Assembly: GCF_006345805.1 (NCBI RefSeq)
Contig: NC_043003.1
Location: forward strand, 88,722,001 to 88,786,000
DNA from: Octopus sinensis
Lineage: Eukaryota
Direction: 5' to 3'
DNA length: 64,000 nt
The position numbers were made by a program, and so were the translations under genes. Below, piece after piece: positions 1-11,239 of this stretch. The notes under the pieces are model-generated. The model was not told the DNA's origin. It did no database searches and was given only the letters and a program-made list of their open reading frames with translations. Each line of letters starts with the position of its first letter. Position 1 is the first letter of the stretch.

Positions 1-215
1 AGAGACAATTTTGGAACTTCTTCCTCTTATAAGATAAGTACCCCTTTTCATTTGTTTAATCTCCCGTAATTCAATGTAAGGACCTATTCTCTGTTTACAT
101 TCTGTTAATAATCTTTCAATTTCTGCTTCAGCTCCGTTTTTGTCAATTTCTCAATACATCTCTTTAAAATTATTCAATTTTAGATAGGCATATATTTATT
201 TGTTGCTTTATTTAT
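1..215. repeat. Left arm of a diverged inverted repeat (partner about 6225-6420)
   Basis: cctcttataagataagtacccc...caatgtaaggacctattctctgtttacattc...catctctttaaaattattcaattttagataggcatatatttatttgttgcttt recurs as its reverse complement at 6231-6410, with indels. Confidence 0.85.
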
Positions 216-239
216 ATACATATATATATATATATATTT

Positions 240-960
240 TTACTCAGCCTCTCAATCTTCCTAAATATATAAACGCGAACATTAGAAATATAGTCGTAAA
301 TAGTTCAGAAGAAAACTTTCGTAGCTGCAGATAGATATATATTTATTTGTTGCACAACCTCCTCTCTTTCATTTCTTTCTCTCTCTGTCTCTTCTCTTCT
401 CTCCTTCACGTCTCTAGTGAAGGAGAGATAGATATTTATAATTAGCTTAGAAGAAAACTTCATAGTGGCAGATATACATTTATTTGTTGAATAACCTCCT
501 CTCTTTCTCTGTCTCTTCACTTCTCTCTATCACACCATCTTTCTTCTCTCAGCCGCTCAATATTCCTAAATCTATAGACTCTCACTTTCTTATTAGCTTC
601 TCTCAGCCACTCTATCTTTTGCATCACTTCCTCTCTTTCTCTATCACACCATCTTTCTTCTCTCAGCCTCTCAATCTTCCTAAATATATAGACTCTCTCT
701 TACTTCTTATCTTCTTTCAACCGCTCAATCTTTTGCATAACCTCCTCTCTTTCATTTCTTTCTCTCTCTGTCTCTTCACTTCTCTCCCACACGCTTCTTT
801 TTCTGTCTCTTCACTTCTCTCTGTCACACCATCTTTTCTCTCTCAGCCACTCAATTTTTCTAAATATATAGACGCGAACTCTCCCCTCTCACTCTCTCCT
901 ACTCTCTTCTTATCTTCTCTCTGCTCTCAATCTCTCTAAATACATAAACACTTTCTTTCC
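240..960. repeat. CT-rich degenerate minisatellite
   Basis: Recurrent tctcagcc(t/g/a)ctcaat(c/a/t)ttcctaaatatatag unit near 243, 545, 660 and 840. Confidence 0.65.
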
Positions 961-984
961 TTATTTCTTCTCTACCCTCTATCG

Positions 985-1660
985 CACTTTGTTCAGTAGG
1001 AGCATCGAGGTGATGTGTGTGCTGTTGCCGGTGGTATCCACCTGGGGTCTATTTGCTGTGGCGGTCTTGTGTATTGTGGATAGTCCCATCTGCGAGATTG
1101 AGTTTGATGGAGCCAGGTTAGCTGCTGTACAATCTTTTGTGCCATGCACAAAAAAGATTCTTGTTCAGCAGCTGCCCTTTCAGTAACATGTTGGTGGTTT
1201 GTAGCACGCAGTACATCTGCGTACCTCTGTTTTGGGGCAGGTGGTGCATGGTCCATTCCTTTTCCTTTTGGTAGTTGGTTTCTGCCGTTTCATGTTTATG
1301 TGGCAGGGTATTTGGTGTGCAAAACAGCAGCCTGCACCTTCCTCTCCATGCCGGCAGACACCTTTCAGGTAGAATTTACACATTCGTGTGCGCAGTCTCT
1401 TTCTATCCTTTTTGCTATATGGATAGTCAGGTCTGCTTCTATCCTTGGCTGTTTCATCTTTTGGCTTTCTTTGAGTTTTAGATTTTCCTTCTTTGGCTCT
1501 TTCATCTCCATGGTTTTGGTTTTTGGTGCTGGTAGGGGCATTTGCACTTGGGTTTACTTCCCGGGCAGGTATCTCACTTGAATCCTCTTTGATGTCCTGG
1601 GTGTCTACCAAGTGGGGGTGACATCTTTCATCAGCACCCGTGCCTCCATCCTTAACTTAC
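985..1660 (-). mobile_element. Fragment of a CR1-like LINE: ORF1 C-terminal part with a CCCH-type zinc finger, plus the first codons of ORF2
   Basis: ORF 1180-1611 contains CKFYLKGVCRHGEEGAGCCFAH and further Cys clusters. It is followed by a Q/P-rich segment and TSMLLLN near 990-1010, resembling an endonuclease start. Confidence 0.55.
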
Positions 1661-1834
1661 AACCTGTCATTCATATTCATTTTTTTAAGCGTTGATTCGT
1701 AACTCTAAATCCCGTTTATTATTTATTTCGCCATCTTGTATGCATGGCTTCCTGTCTGTCATGCATTTTAAATTCCTCCTTTAATTTCAGTGTCATCCCG
1801 TTATTATTCCATTCCCAGAATTCACTACAAAATA

Positions 1835-2121
1835 TTCTCTCTCTCTCTCCTATTTATATCATGTTTTACTCGAACCCCGAAGTTTCTAGATGTTCAGTAA
1901 TTTCTGTTGCAGAAAATTCCCTACGTATTAACTTAAAACCTGTTGTTCCTTCGTTGTTATTCCTTTCCCCAAAGATTCCCTAAATTCCCTACAAAATATT
2001 TTCTCTCTCTCTCTCTCTTATTTATGTTACATTCTTCTCGAACCCCGAAGTTTCTAGATGTTCAGTAATTTCTGTTGCAGAAAATTCCCTACGTATTAAC
2101 TTAAAACCTGTTGTTCCTTCG
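1835..2121. repeat. Local tandem duplication, about 160-bp spacing
   Basis: ctcgaaccccgaagtttctagatgttcagtaatttctgttgcagaaaattccctacgtattaacttaaaacctgttgttccttcg occurs at about 1869 and 2037. Confidence 0.9.
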
Positions 2122-2271
2122 AGGTAACCCCGCCCTCCCACCCATCCACCAGAACCGGAAGTTTCTTTTTTCTATCTTTCTTGACCCCCCCGCACCCCTA
2201 TGTAGGGTTTATTGTGATCATATAGCGCAAAAACTGTGAAATTTATGCAGGTTGTAGTCTAGAGTCTCAGT

Positions 2272-5200
2272 ATGATATCTGGCAAATGCAAGCTTTCTTT
2301 TCAGGTACATAACACTGCTGTCCCTCATCCCAGGGTCTCAGAGGCCCACACCTCCCACACCCTCAGGGTGGGCACCCTCAACGTTGGCACGCTAAAAGGT
2401 AGGTCTGGCGAGATAGTCGAGATGCTTGAACGGAGACGTGTTGATGTATGTTGTATGCAAGAAATAAGGTGGAGAGGAGGATCTGCTAGGTTCCTCACAG
2501 GCAAGGAACACAGGTATAAGATTTTCTGGGCAGAGAACACTGACGGGGTTGGTGGCGTGGGTATACTTATCGCTGAGAAATGGATAGATAGAGTAATTGA
2601 GGTAATCAGAGTAAGTGACAGAATACTTAAGATTAGAATAGTGCTTCATAATAGATTAGCAACCATTATATCGGCCTATGCCCCTCAGCCAGGGCTACCC
2701 GATGGACAGAAAGACAGTTTCTATGACACCCTACTGCAGACCACCTCATTGACGAACAACAGGGACCTTCTCTTTGTGGCTGGTGATTTCAATGGGCATG
2801 TTGGACGACATGCTGGGGACTTCCATGGCGTACATGGAGGCTACAGTTATGGTTCCCGCAACGAGGAGGGAACCAGGCTGCTGGAGTTCTGCGATGCGAA
2901 TAGCCTTATGGTCTGCAACACTAACTTCAGGAAACCAACAAGCCACTTGGTCACCTACCGATCGGGCCGGCATACTAGCCAAATCGACTACATCCTTGCC
3001 AGAAAAAGGGAAAGATGGCTGCTTATAAATGCCAAAACCTTCCCAGGTGAAGAATGCACCCCACAACATAGACTGGTAGTTAGTGACTTTAGGATCAGGA
3101 CTAAGAGGGCGACTAGAAGACGACCAACATGGAGAAGAAGGGTCTGGAAGCTTAAAGACCCTGCGAATGGACAGAGATTTAGAGATATGTTACTTGAAGC
3201 CTTTGACGAAGTGGAAGGGGGTATAGCTACACATGGGGTAGAAGACAACTGGACGTTTCTGAGGGACAACCTGCTGAAAGCCGCTGACCAGATCTGTGGC
3301 TGGTGCAAAGTCCCCTTAAGACCCAAAATAACGTGGTGGTGGAACAATATTGTTGACAGGGCTATTAGACAAAAGAAACAGGCTTGGAAGGCCTGGAAGA
3401 ACGGTGGTAGCAGGGAAGGGTATCAGACTGCCAGAAGGGAAGCTAAGAGACAGGTCTATCTAGCCAGAGGGGAAGCAGATAAGAGAAAATTTGCCAATGT
3501 CCTGCGCCGTGAGGATGAAAGACTTGAGGTATTTCGTGTTGCAAGACAGTGTGTGAGAGAGAATCGTGATGTGGTAGGAGAGAAATGTGTTCGCATGGAG
3601 GATGGTTCACTTGCGCTAAATGAGGATGCAAAGAGAGAAGCTTGGAGACGCCACTATGAAAGGTTGCTGAATGAGGAAAATGAATGGGATAGAGAGAGTC
3701 TGCCGAATGTTGACCCTACAGGGGGACCAGCTATCCGAGTTGATAGTTCCGTGGTAGCTAAGGCAATTAGAAGCATGAAGACAGGGAAAGCCCCAGGCCC
3801 ATCAGGAATTACTGCAGAGATGCTCAAAATATCTGGCAGTGTCGGCTATAACCTAGTCACCCGTATAGTCAACCAGGTGATACACGAAGGAGTCATACCC
3901 AATGACTGGTGCAGCAGCATACTAGTCAACTGCTACAAAGGTAAAGGTGATGCCCTAGATACAAATAATTACAGAGGTATCAAGCTGTTGGATCAAGTAA
4001 TGAAGGTTACGGAGAGGGTCATAGCCCAACTAATTAGAGAGAGAGTTAGTTTAGATGAGATGCAGTTTGGGTTCGTGCCAGGGAAAAGTACCACTGATGC
4101 TATATTCCTGGTAAGGCAGCTGCAGGAGAAATACCTAGCCAAAGATAAGCCCCTGTACCTGGCTTTCGTTGACATGGAGAAAGCTTTTGATAGGGTCCCC
4201 CGATCCCTTATCTGGTGGTCAATGCGGAAACTAGGGATAGATGAATGGCTGGTGAGGACTGTGCAAGCCATGTACAGAGATGCCGTAAGTAAGGTTAGGG
4301 TTGGCAACATGTACACAGAAGAATTCAAAGTAGAGGTTGGGGTCCACCAGGGTTCAGTACTCAGCCCCCTCCTATTTATCATAGTACTCCAGGCAATTAC
4401 GGAGGAATTCAAGACAGGCTGTCCCTGGGAGCTCCTCTACGCTGACGACCTTGCTCTTATTGCTGAGTCACTATCAGAACTGGAGAAGTTCCAGGTGTGG
4501 AAGGTGGGTTTAGAATCAAGGGGCCTTAGAGTCAACCTAGCTAAAACCAAAGTACTAATAAGTAGGAAGGTAGACAATCCACAAATGTCTTCAGGAAGAT
4601 GGCCCTGCTCGATCTGTAGAAAAGGTGTAGGTAGAAACTCTATAAGATGTACCCAGTGTAAACTATGGACACATAAGAGGTGCAGCAATGTCAAAGGTAG
4701 GCTAACTGGGAAGATAGTTTTTGTATGTGGCAGATGCTCGGGAGCATTAACCTCCGAAAATCTGCAGAAAACAACTTCCGTCACTTTCCAGGGAGAAAAA
4801 CTAGAAGTAGTTGATAGCTTCCGTTATCTAGGTGACCAAGTCAGTAGTGGGGGTGGGTGCGCTGAAAGTGTAACTGCTAGAATAAGAATAGCCTGGGCAA
4901 AGTTTAGGGAGCTCTTACCTCTGCTGGTGACTAAAGGCCTCTCGCTCAGAGTAAAAGGCAGACTGTATGATGCATGTGTACGAACAGCCATGCTACATGG
5001 CAGCGAAACATGGGCCGTGACTGCTGAGGACATGCGTAAGCTCGTGAGGAATGAAGCCAGTATGCTCCGATGGATGTGTAATGTCAGTGTACATACTCGA
5101 CAGAGCGTTAGCACCTTGAGAGAAATGTCGTACCTAAGAAGCATCAGTTGTGGTGTGCAAGAGAGACGATTGCGCTGGTATGGTCATGTGGCGAGAATGG

Positions 5201-5391
5201 ATGAAGATAGGTGTGTGAGACAGTGCCAATCCCTAGCAGTTGAGGGAACCCGTGGAAGAGGTAGACCCTGGAAAACCTGGGACGAGGTGGTGAAGCACGA
5301 CCTTCGAACTTTAGGCCTCACTGAGGAAATGGCCAGCGACCGAGACCTTTGGAAATATTCTGTACGTGAGAAGACCAGGCAGGACAAGTGA
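2272..5391 (+). CDS. RTE-clade LINE polyprotein (APE endonuclease, reverse transcriptase, C4HC3 finger), 1039 aa, uninterrupted
   Basis: APE motifs NVGTL, MQE, SAYAP, GDFNGH, IDYIL, QHRLV. RT motifs NYRGIKLL, QFGF, DMEKAFDRVP, GVHQGSVLSPLLF, YADD, YLG. RTE-type C-terminus RLRWYGHV.R...GRGRP. Confidence 0.95.
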   Translation: MISGKCKLSFQVHNTAVPHPRVSEAHTSHTLRVGTLNVGTLKGRSGEIVEMLERRRVDVCCMQEIRWRGGSARFLTGKEHRYKIFWAENTDGVGGVGILIAEKWIDRVIEVIRVSDRILKIRIVLHNRLATIISAYAPQPGLPDGQKDSFYDTLLQTTSLTNNRDLLFVAGDFNGHVGRHAGDFHGVHGGYSYGSRNEEGTRLLEFCDANSLMVCNTNFRKPTSHLVTYRSGRHTSQIDYILARKRERWLLINAKTFPGEECTPQHRLVVSDFRIRTKRATRRRPTWRRRVWKLKDPANGQRFRDMLLEAFDEVEGGIATHGVEDNWTFLRDNLLKAADQICGWCKVPLRPKITWWWNNIVDRAIRQKKQAWKAWKNGGSREGYQTARREAKRQVYLARGEADKRKFANVLRREDERLEVFRVARQCVRENRDVVGEKCVRMEDGSLALNEDAKREAWRRHYERLLNEENEWDRESLPNVDPTGGPAIRVDSSVVAKAIRSMKTGKAPGPSGITAEMLKISGSVGYNLVTRIVNQVIHEGVIPNDWCSSILVNCYKGKGDALDTNNYRGIKLLDQVMKVTERVIAQLIRERVSLDEMQFGFVPGKSTTDAIFLVRQLQEKYLAKDKPLYLAFVDMEKAFDRVPRSLIWWSMRKLGIDEWLVRTVQAMYRDAVSKVRVGNMYTEEFKVEVGVHQGSVLSPLLFIIVLQAITEEFKTGCPWELLYADDLALIAESLSELEKFQVWKVGLESRGLRVNLAKTKVLISRKVDNPQMSSGRWPCSICRKGVGRNSIRCTQCKLWTHKRCSNVKGRLTGKIVFVCGRCSGALTSENLQKTTSVTFQGEKLEVVDSFRYLGDQVSSGGGCAESVTARIRIAWAKFRELLPLLVTKGLSLRVKGRLYDACVRTAMLHGSETWAVTAEDMRKLVRNEASMLRWMCNVSVHTRQSVSTLREMSYLRSISCGVQERRLRWYGHVARMDEDRCVRQCQSLAVEGTRGRGRPWKTWDEVVKHDLRTLGLTEEMASDRDLWKYSVREKTRQDK

Positions 5392-6210
5392 GCCCAGCCC
5401 ACTTATGAATGCCTTTCCTCCCTTGGACACAAAGACCTGTTGAGGCAAGCGAAGTCGATATAGAACCTCATCCGACGACAGACACCCATGCCAACCCCCC
5501 ATGCTTGCGAAGACATGTTGGGGCAAGCGAAATCAAAATCGAAATCGAAACCGAATTGAACCAGCCAGGATCCCTGGCCTGGTGGTACGTAAAAAGCACT
5601 ATCCGACTCGTGGCCGTGGCACGTAAAATACTCCAATGCGACCATACGACAGGCACCCATGCCAACCTCCTTTGCTTGTGAAGGCATGTTGGGGAAATCG
5701 AAATCGAATTGAACCAGCCAGGATCCCTGGTCTGGTGGTACGTAAAAAGCACTATCCGACTCGTGGCCGTGACACGTAAAATACTCCAATGCGACCGTAC
5801 GACAGGCACCCATGCCAACCCCCTTTGCTTGTGAAGACATGTTGGGGCAAGCGAAATCGAAATCGAATTGAACCAGCCAGGATCCCATGTCTGGTGGTAC
5901 GTAAAAAGCACTATCCGACTCGTGGCCGATGCCAGCACCGCCTCGACTGGCTTCCGTGCCGGTGGCACATAAAATACACCAATCTGACCGTGGCCGTTGC
6001 CAGCCTCGCCTGGCACCTGTGCAGGTGGCACGTAAAAAGCACCCACTACACTCACGGAGTGGTTGGCATTAGGAAGGGCATCCAGCTGTAGAAACATTGC
6101 CAGATTAGACTGGAGCCTGGTGCAGCCTTCTGGCTTCCCAGAACCCCGGTCGAACCGTCCAACCCATGCTAGCATGGAGAACGGACGTTAAACGATGATG
6201 ATGATGATAT
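5392..6210 (+). mobile_element. 3' UTR of the RTE: three ~155-170-bp tandem units (5475-5928), common tail with CCATGCTAGCATGG palindrome and (GAT)n end, inserted at (AT)n
   Basis: aaccagccaggatccc at 5559, 5712 and 5871; the end reads cccatgctagcatggagaacggacgttaaacgatgatgatgatgat. Confidence 0.9.
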
Positions 6211-6224
6211 ATATATATATATCT

Positions 6225-6420
6225 ATGTATAAATAAAGCAACAAATAAATATATGCCTATCTAAAATTGAATAATTTTAAAGAGATGTAACGGAGCTGAA
6301 ACAGAAAGTGAATGTAAACAGAGAATAGGTCCTTACATTGAACTACAGGAAAATAAACAAATGAGAAGGGGTACTTATCTTATAAGAGGTAGAGGTCCCA
6401 AAGTTTTCTCCCTATACGAA
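6225..6420. repeat. Right arm of the inverted repeat with 1-215
   Basis: Reverse-complement match to the window start. Confidence 0.85.
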
Positions 6421-6739
6421 GAGGTTTTCTTTCAAAAGGAAAAAGAAAACGGTTCTTTTTGTTTGTTGAAGTCGATTGGGAATAAACTTAAGAGATGTCA
6501 CCACATGCTTTTTCGACGGGAAGTCTGGCGTGCGTAATTAACTTTAGTGTATTATATTTGGCCTTGAAGCGAAATATATTACGGTTTTTACCTAATATAT
6601 CCTAGTAGACCACTATGAGATAGCAAGTTTTACGTTTTTTTTATCAATTTTCACTGATTATTTCGTCAATTTATGCAAACCTTTTTGGTTTTTTTATCAC
6701 ACAGCAAAGCAACACGTCTTTACCCTACGAAAACCGGAA

Positions 6740-6740
6740 G

Positions 6741-6772
<32 letters not shown>

Positions 6773-6774
6773 GT

Positions 6775-6810
<36 letters not shown>

Positions 6811-7513
6811 CATATAAATAAGTAAAATATATATATATATATAAATACATATAAATAAATAAAATGTATATATATATAAATACATATAAATAAATAAAAT
6901 GTATATATATATAAATACATATAAATAAATAAAATGTATATATCTAAATACATATAAATAAATAAAATGTATATATATAAATACATATAAATAAATAAAA
7001 TGTATATATATAAATACATATAAATAAATAAAATGTATATATATAAATACATATAAATAAATAAAATGTATATATATAAATACATATAAATAAATAAAAT
7101 GTATATATATAAATACATATAAATAAATAAAATGTATATATATAAATACATATAAATAAATATATATATATATATTATATATATATATATATAAATAAAT
7201 ATAAATAAATATATATATATATAAATAAATACATATATATATAATAAATACATATAAATAAATGAATATATATATATAAATAAATACATATAAATAAATA
7301 AATATATATATATATAAATAAATACATATAAATAAATAAATACATATAAATAAATAAATATATATATATATATAAATAAATACATATAAATAATACATAT
7401 AAATAAATAAATATAAATAAATAAATATAAATAAATAAATATAAATAAATAAATATAAATAAATAAATATAAATAAATATAAATAAATAAATATAAATAA
7501 AAATAAATAAATA

Positions 7514-7564
<51 letters not shown>

Positions 7565-7592
7565 TACATATAAATAAATAACTATATATATA
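6740..7592. repeat. AT-rich compound microsatellite/minisatellite
   Basis: Repeated ataaatacatataaataaataaaatgtatatat units with (AT)n and (AAAT)n tracts. Confidence 0.95.
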
Positions 7593-8097
7593 TCTATATA
7601 TATAAAACTCTAGTTGTGTGAGTGTCTGTCCCCTTCGATTTAGATTCCTAACTCCTCCCACATTTTGCGGTGCAGTTTAACCAAATTCGGGTATCTTATA
7701 GTCGTGATTCATATCGAGCCCGTCTGACTATTAGCGCGCGTCAACGATGAGTCTACGATTTTAAAAATAATTTAACATCATTTTTTATTCCATTTTAATG
7801 CATAAAATGCATCGTATGTCGATGGCGGCGGAGTTGGCGTCCACGCTCACAGCTGCACCTGTTTGCTTCTCCCCCTTCCCTCCCTCGTGAAGCTGTGGGG
7901 AAGGGAGTGTAAAGAAATCAACGTCGTAATGCGTTGTGAAGGAAACCAGCGTTCTTTTAGAACAACGACTTCATGGCTTGAAGACACCAAAACAAAAATG
8001 GCTAAGAAAGCCCGAATTATAAGGGAAGTAACTCTCTAAAAATGCTTATATAGTTATTTCCCTTACAAACCCGAGCAACGCCGGGCGATACTGCTAG
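7593..8097 (+). mobile_element. Non-autonomous Helitron, copy 1
   Basis: 5' TC, 3' hairpin cccgagcaacgccggg then CTAG; sits between A and T. Confidence 0.8.
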
Positions 8098-8539
8098 TAT
8101 ATATATATATATAATACATATAAATAAATAAATAAATATATATATATATAATATATATATATATATATACTACTACTACTACTACTATTACTACTATTAC
8201 TAGTATAGGATGAAGTTTTTTTTCCTCTACAGAAAAGAATTCCATCAAGAAATGTAGCAGCATATTAAAATACCTTTATGGTTAAAATTATAAATAAATA
8301 AATACATATATATATATATAAATAAATAAATATACATACAATATATATATATATATAATAAATAAATAAATAAATATACACACACACACATATATATATT
8401 AATAAATATACATACACACATATATATGTATATAAATATACATACACACATATATATATGTATATAAATATACATACACACATATATATATGTATATAAA
8501 TATACATACACATATATATATAAATAAATATACATACAC

Positions 8540-8596
<57 letters not shown>

Positions 8597-8622
8597 CATA
8601 TAAATAAATAAATATATATATA

Positions 8623-9127
8623 TCTATATATATAAAACTCTAGTTGTGTGAGTGTCTGTCCCCTTCGATTTAGATTCCTAACTCCTCCCACATTTTGCGG
8701 TGCAGTTTAACCAAATTCGGGTATCTTATAGTCGTGATTCATATCGAGCCCGTCTGACTATTAGCGCGCGTCAACGATGAGTCTACGATTTTAAAAATAA
8801 TTTAACATCATTTTTTATTCCATTTTAATGCATAAAATGCATCGTATGTCGATGGCGGCGGAGTTGGCGTCCACGCTCACAGCTGCACCTGTTTGCTTCT
8901 CCCCCTTCCCTCCTCGTGAAGCTGTGGGGAAGGGAGTGTAAAGAAATCAACGTCGTAATGCGTTGTGAAGGAAACCAGCGTTCTTTTAGAACAACGACTT
9001 CATGGCTTGAAGACACCAAAACAAAAATGGCTAAGAAAGCCCGAATTTATAAGGGAAGTAACTCTCTAAAAATGCTTATATAGTTATTTCCCTTACAAAC
9101 CCGAGCAACGCCGGGCGATACTGCTAG
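8623..9127 (+). mobile_element. Non-autonomous Helitron, copy 2
   Basis: Near-identical to copy 1, 1030 bp downstream. Confidence 0.8.
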
Positions 9128-9165
9128 TATATATATAAATAAATACATATAAATAAATATAATAA

Positions 9166-9207
<42 letters not shown>

Positions 9208-9376
9208 CTACTACTACTACTACTATACTACTATTACTAGTATAGGATGAAGTTTTTTTTCCGCTACAGAAAAGAATTCCATCAAGAAATGTAGCAGCAT
9301 ATTAAAATACCTTTATGGTTAAAATTATAAATAAATATACATACATATATATATAAATAAATAAATATACATACAC

Positions 9377-9407
<31 letters not shown>

Positions 9408-9576
9408 TAAATATACACACACACACATATATATATTAATAAATATACATACACACATATATATGTATATAAATATACATACACACATATATATATGTAT
9501 ATAAATATACATACACACATATATATATGTATATAAATATACATACACATATATATATAAATAAATATACATACAC

Positions 9577-9632
<56 letters not shown>

Positions 9633-9654
9633 TATAAATAAATAAATATATATA

Positions 9655-10160
9655 TCTATATATATAAAACTCTAGTTGTGTGAGTGTCTGTCCCCTTCGA
9701 TTTAGATTCCTAACTCCTCCCACATTTTGCGGTGCAGTTTAACCAAATTCGGGTATCTTATAGTCGTGATTCATATCGAGCCCGTCTGACTATTAGCGCG
9801 CGTCAACGATGAGTCTACGATTTTAAAAATAATTTAACATCATTTTTTATTCCATTTTAATGCATAAAATGCATCGTATGTCGATGGCGGCGGAGTTGGC
9901 GTCCACGCTCACAGCTGCACCTGTTTGCTTCTCCCCCTTCCCTCCCTCGTGAAGCTGTGGGGAAGGGAGTGTAAAGAAATCAACGTCGTAATGCGTTGTG
10001 AAGGAAACCAGCGTTCTTTTAGAACAACGACTTCATGGCTTGAAGACACCAAAACAAAAATGGCTAAGAAAGCCCGAATTTATAAGGGAAGTAACTCTCT
10101 AAAAATGCTTATATAGTTATTTCCCTTACAAACCCGAGCAACGCCGGGCGATACTGCTAG
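9655..10160 (+). mobile_element. Non-autonomous Helitron, copy 3
   Basis: Near-identical, 1032 bp after copy 2; the flank tactactac...ggttaaaattataaat is also repeated three times. Confidence 0.8.
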
Positions 10161-10376
10161 TATATATATAAATAAATACATATAAATAAATAAATATATA
10201 TATATATATATATATACTACTACTACTATTACTACTATTACTAGTATAGGATGAAGTTTTTTTCTCCTCTACAGAAAAGAATTCCATCAAGAAATGTAGC
10301 AGCATATTAAAATACCTTTATGGTTAAAATTATAAATAATATACATACATATATATATAAATAAATAAATATACAT

Positions 10377-10431
<55 letters not shown>

Positions 10432-10446
10432 TACACACACACACAT

Positions 10447-10683
10447 ATCATCATCATCATCATTTAACGTCCGTTTTCCGCGCTAGCACGGGTTGGACGG
10501 TTTCGACCGGGGTCTGGGGAGCTCGGGACTGCCCCAGGCTCCAGTCTAGTCTGGCAGTGTTTCTACAGCTGGATGCCCTTCCTAACGCCAACCACTCCGC
10601 GAGTGTAGTGGGTGTTTTTTACGTGCCACCTGCACAGGTGCCAGAGGGGTCTGGCATCGGCCACGTTCGGATGGTGCTTTTTA
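10447..10683 (-). mobile_element. RTE 3'-tail copy
   Basis: (CAT)n ttaacgtccg...gctggatgcccttcctaacgccaaccactcc is the reverse complement of the 5980-6210 tail. Confidence 0.9.
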
Positions 10684-11158
10684 TGGGGGGGGTGCAGAAA
10701 TATAGGGGAGCACCAGTGGGAGGGATGGTTCAGAGGACAGGTACTAGGCAAGTAGAACGTAGGATACCGAGAGAGGGGTAATGCATGGTGAAATAGCGTA
10801 TTGAAGAGGGGGCTTCAAATAGTAGACACCTATAATGGTGGTGGGGGGGTGCAGAAATATAGGGGAGCACCAGTGGGAGGGGTGGTTCAGAGGACAGGTT
10901 CAAGGCAAGTAGAACGTAGGATATCGAGAGAGGGGTAATGCATGGTGAAATAGCGTATTGAAGAGGGGGGTTCAAAGAGTAGACACCTATAATGGTGGTG
11001 GGGGGGTGCAGAAATATAGGGGAGCACAAGTGGGAGGGGTGGTTCAGAGGACAGGTTCAAGGCAAGTAGAACGTAGGATATCGAGAGAGGGGTAATGCAT
11101 GGTGAAATAGCGTATTGAAGAGGGGGGTTCAAAGAGTAGACACCTATAATGGTGGTGG
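10684..11158. repeat. G-rich tandem repeat, 3 x 157 bp
   Basis: gcagaaatatagggg at 10694, 10851 and 11008. Confidence 0.95.
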
Positions 11159-11239
11159 GAGAAACGACATCCGGTATAGTTGGAGCAAAATAGAGATATT
11201 CGGTATTGGTGGTGGGGGTGGGTAGGGCAGGCGCGGCGT

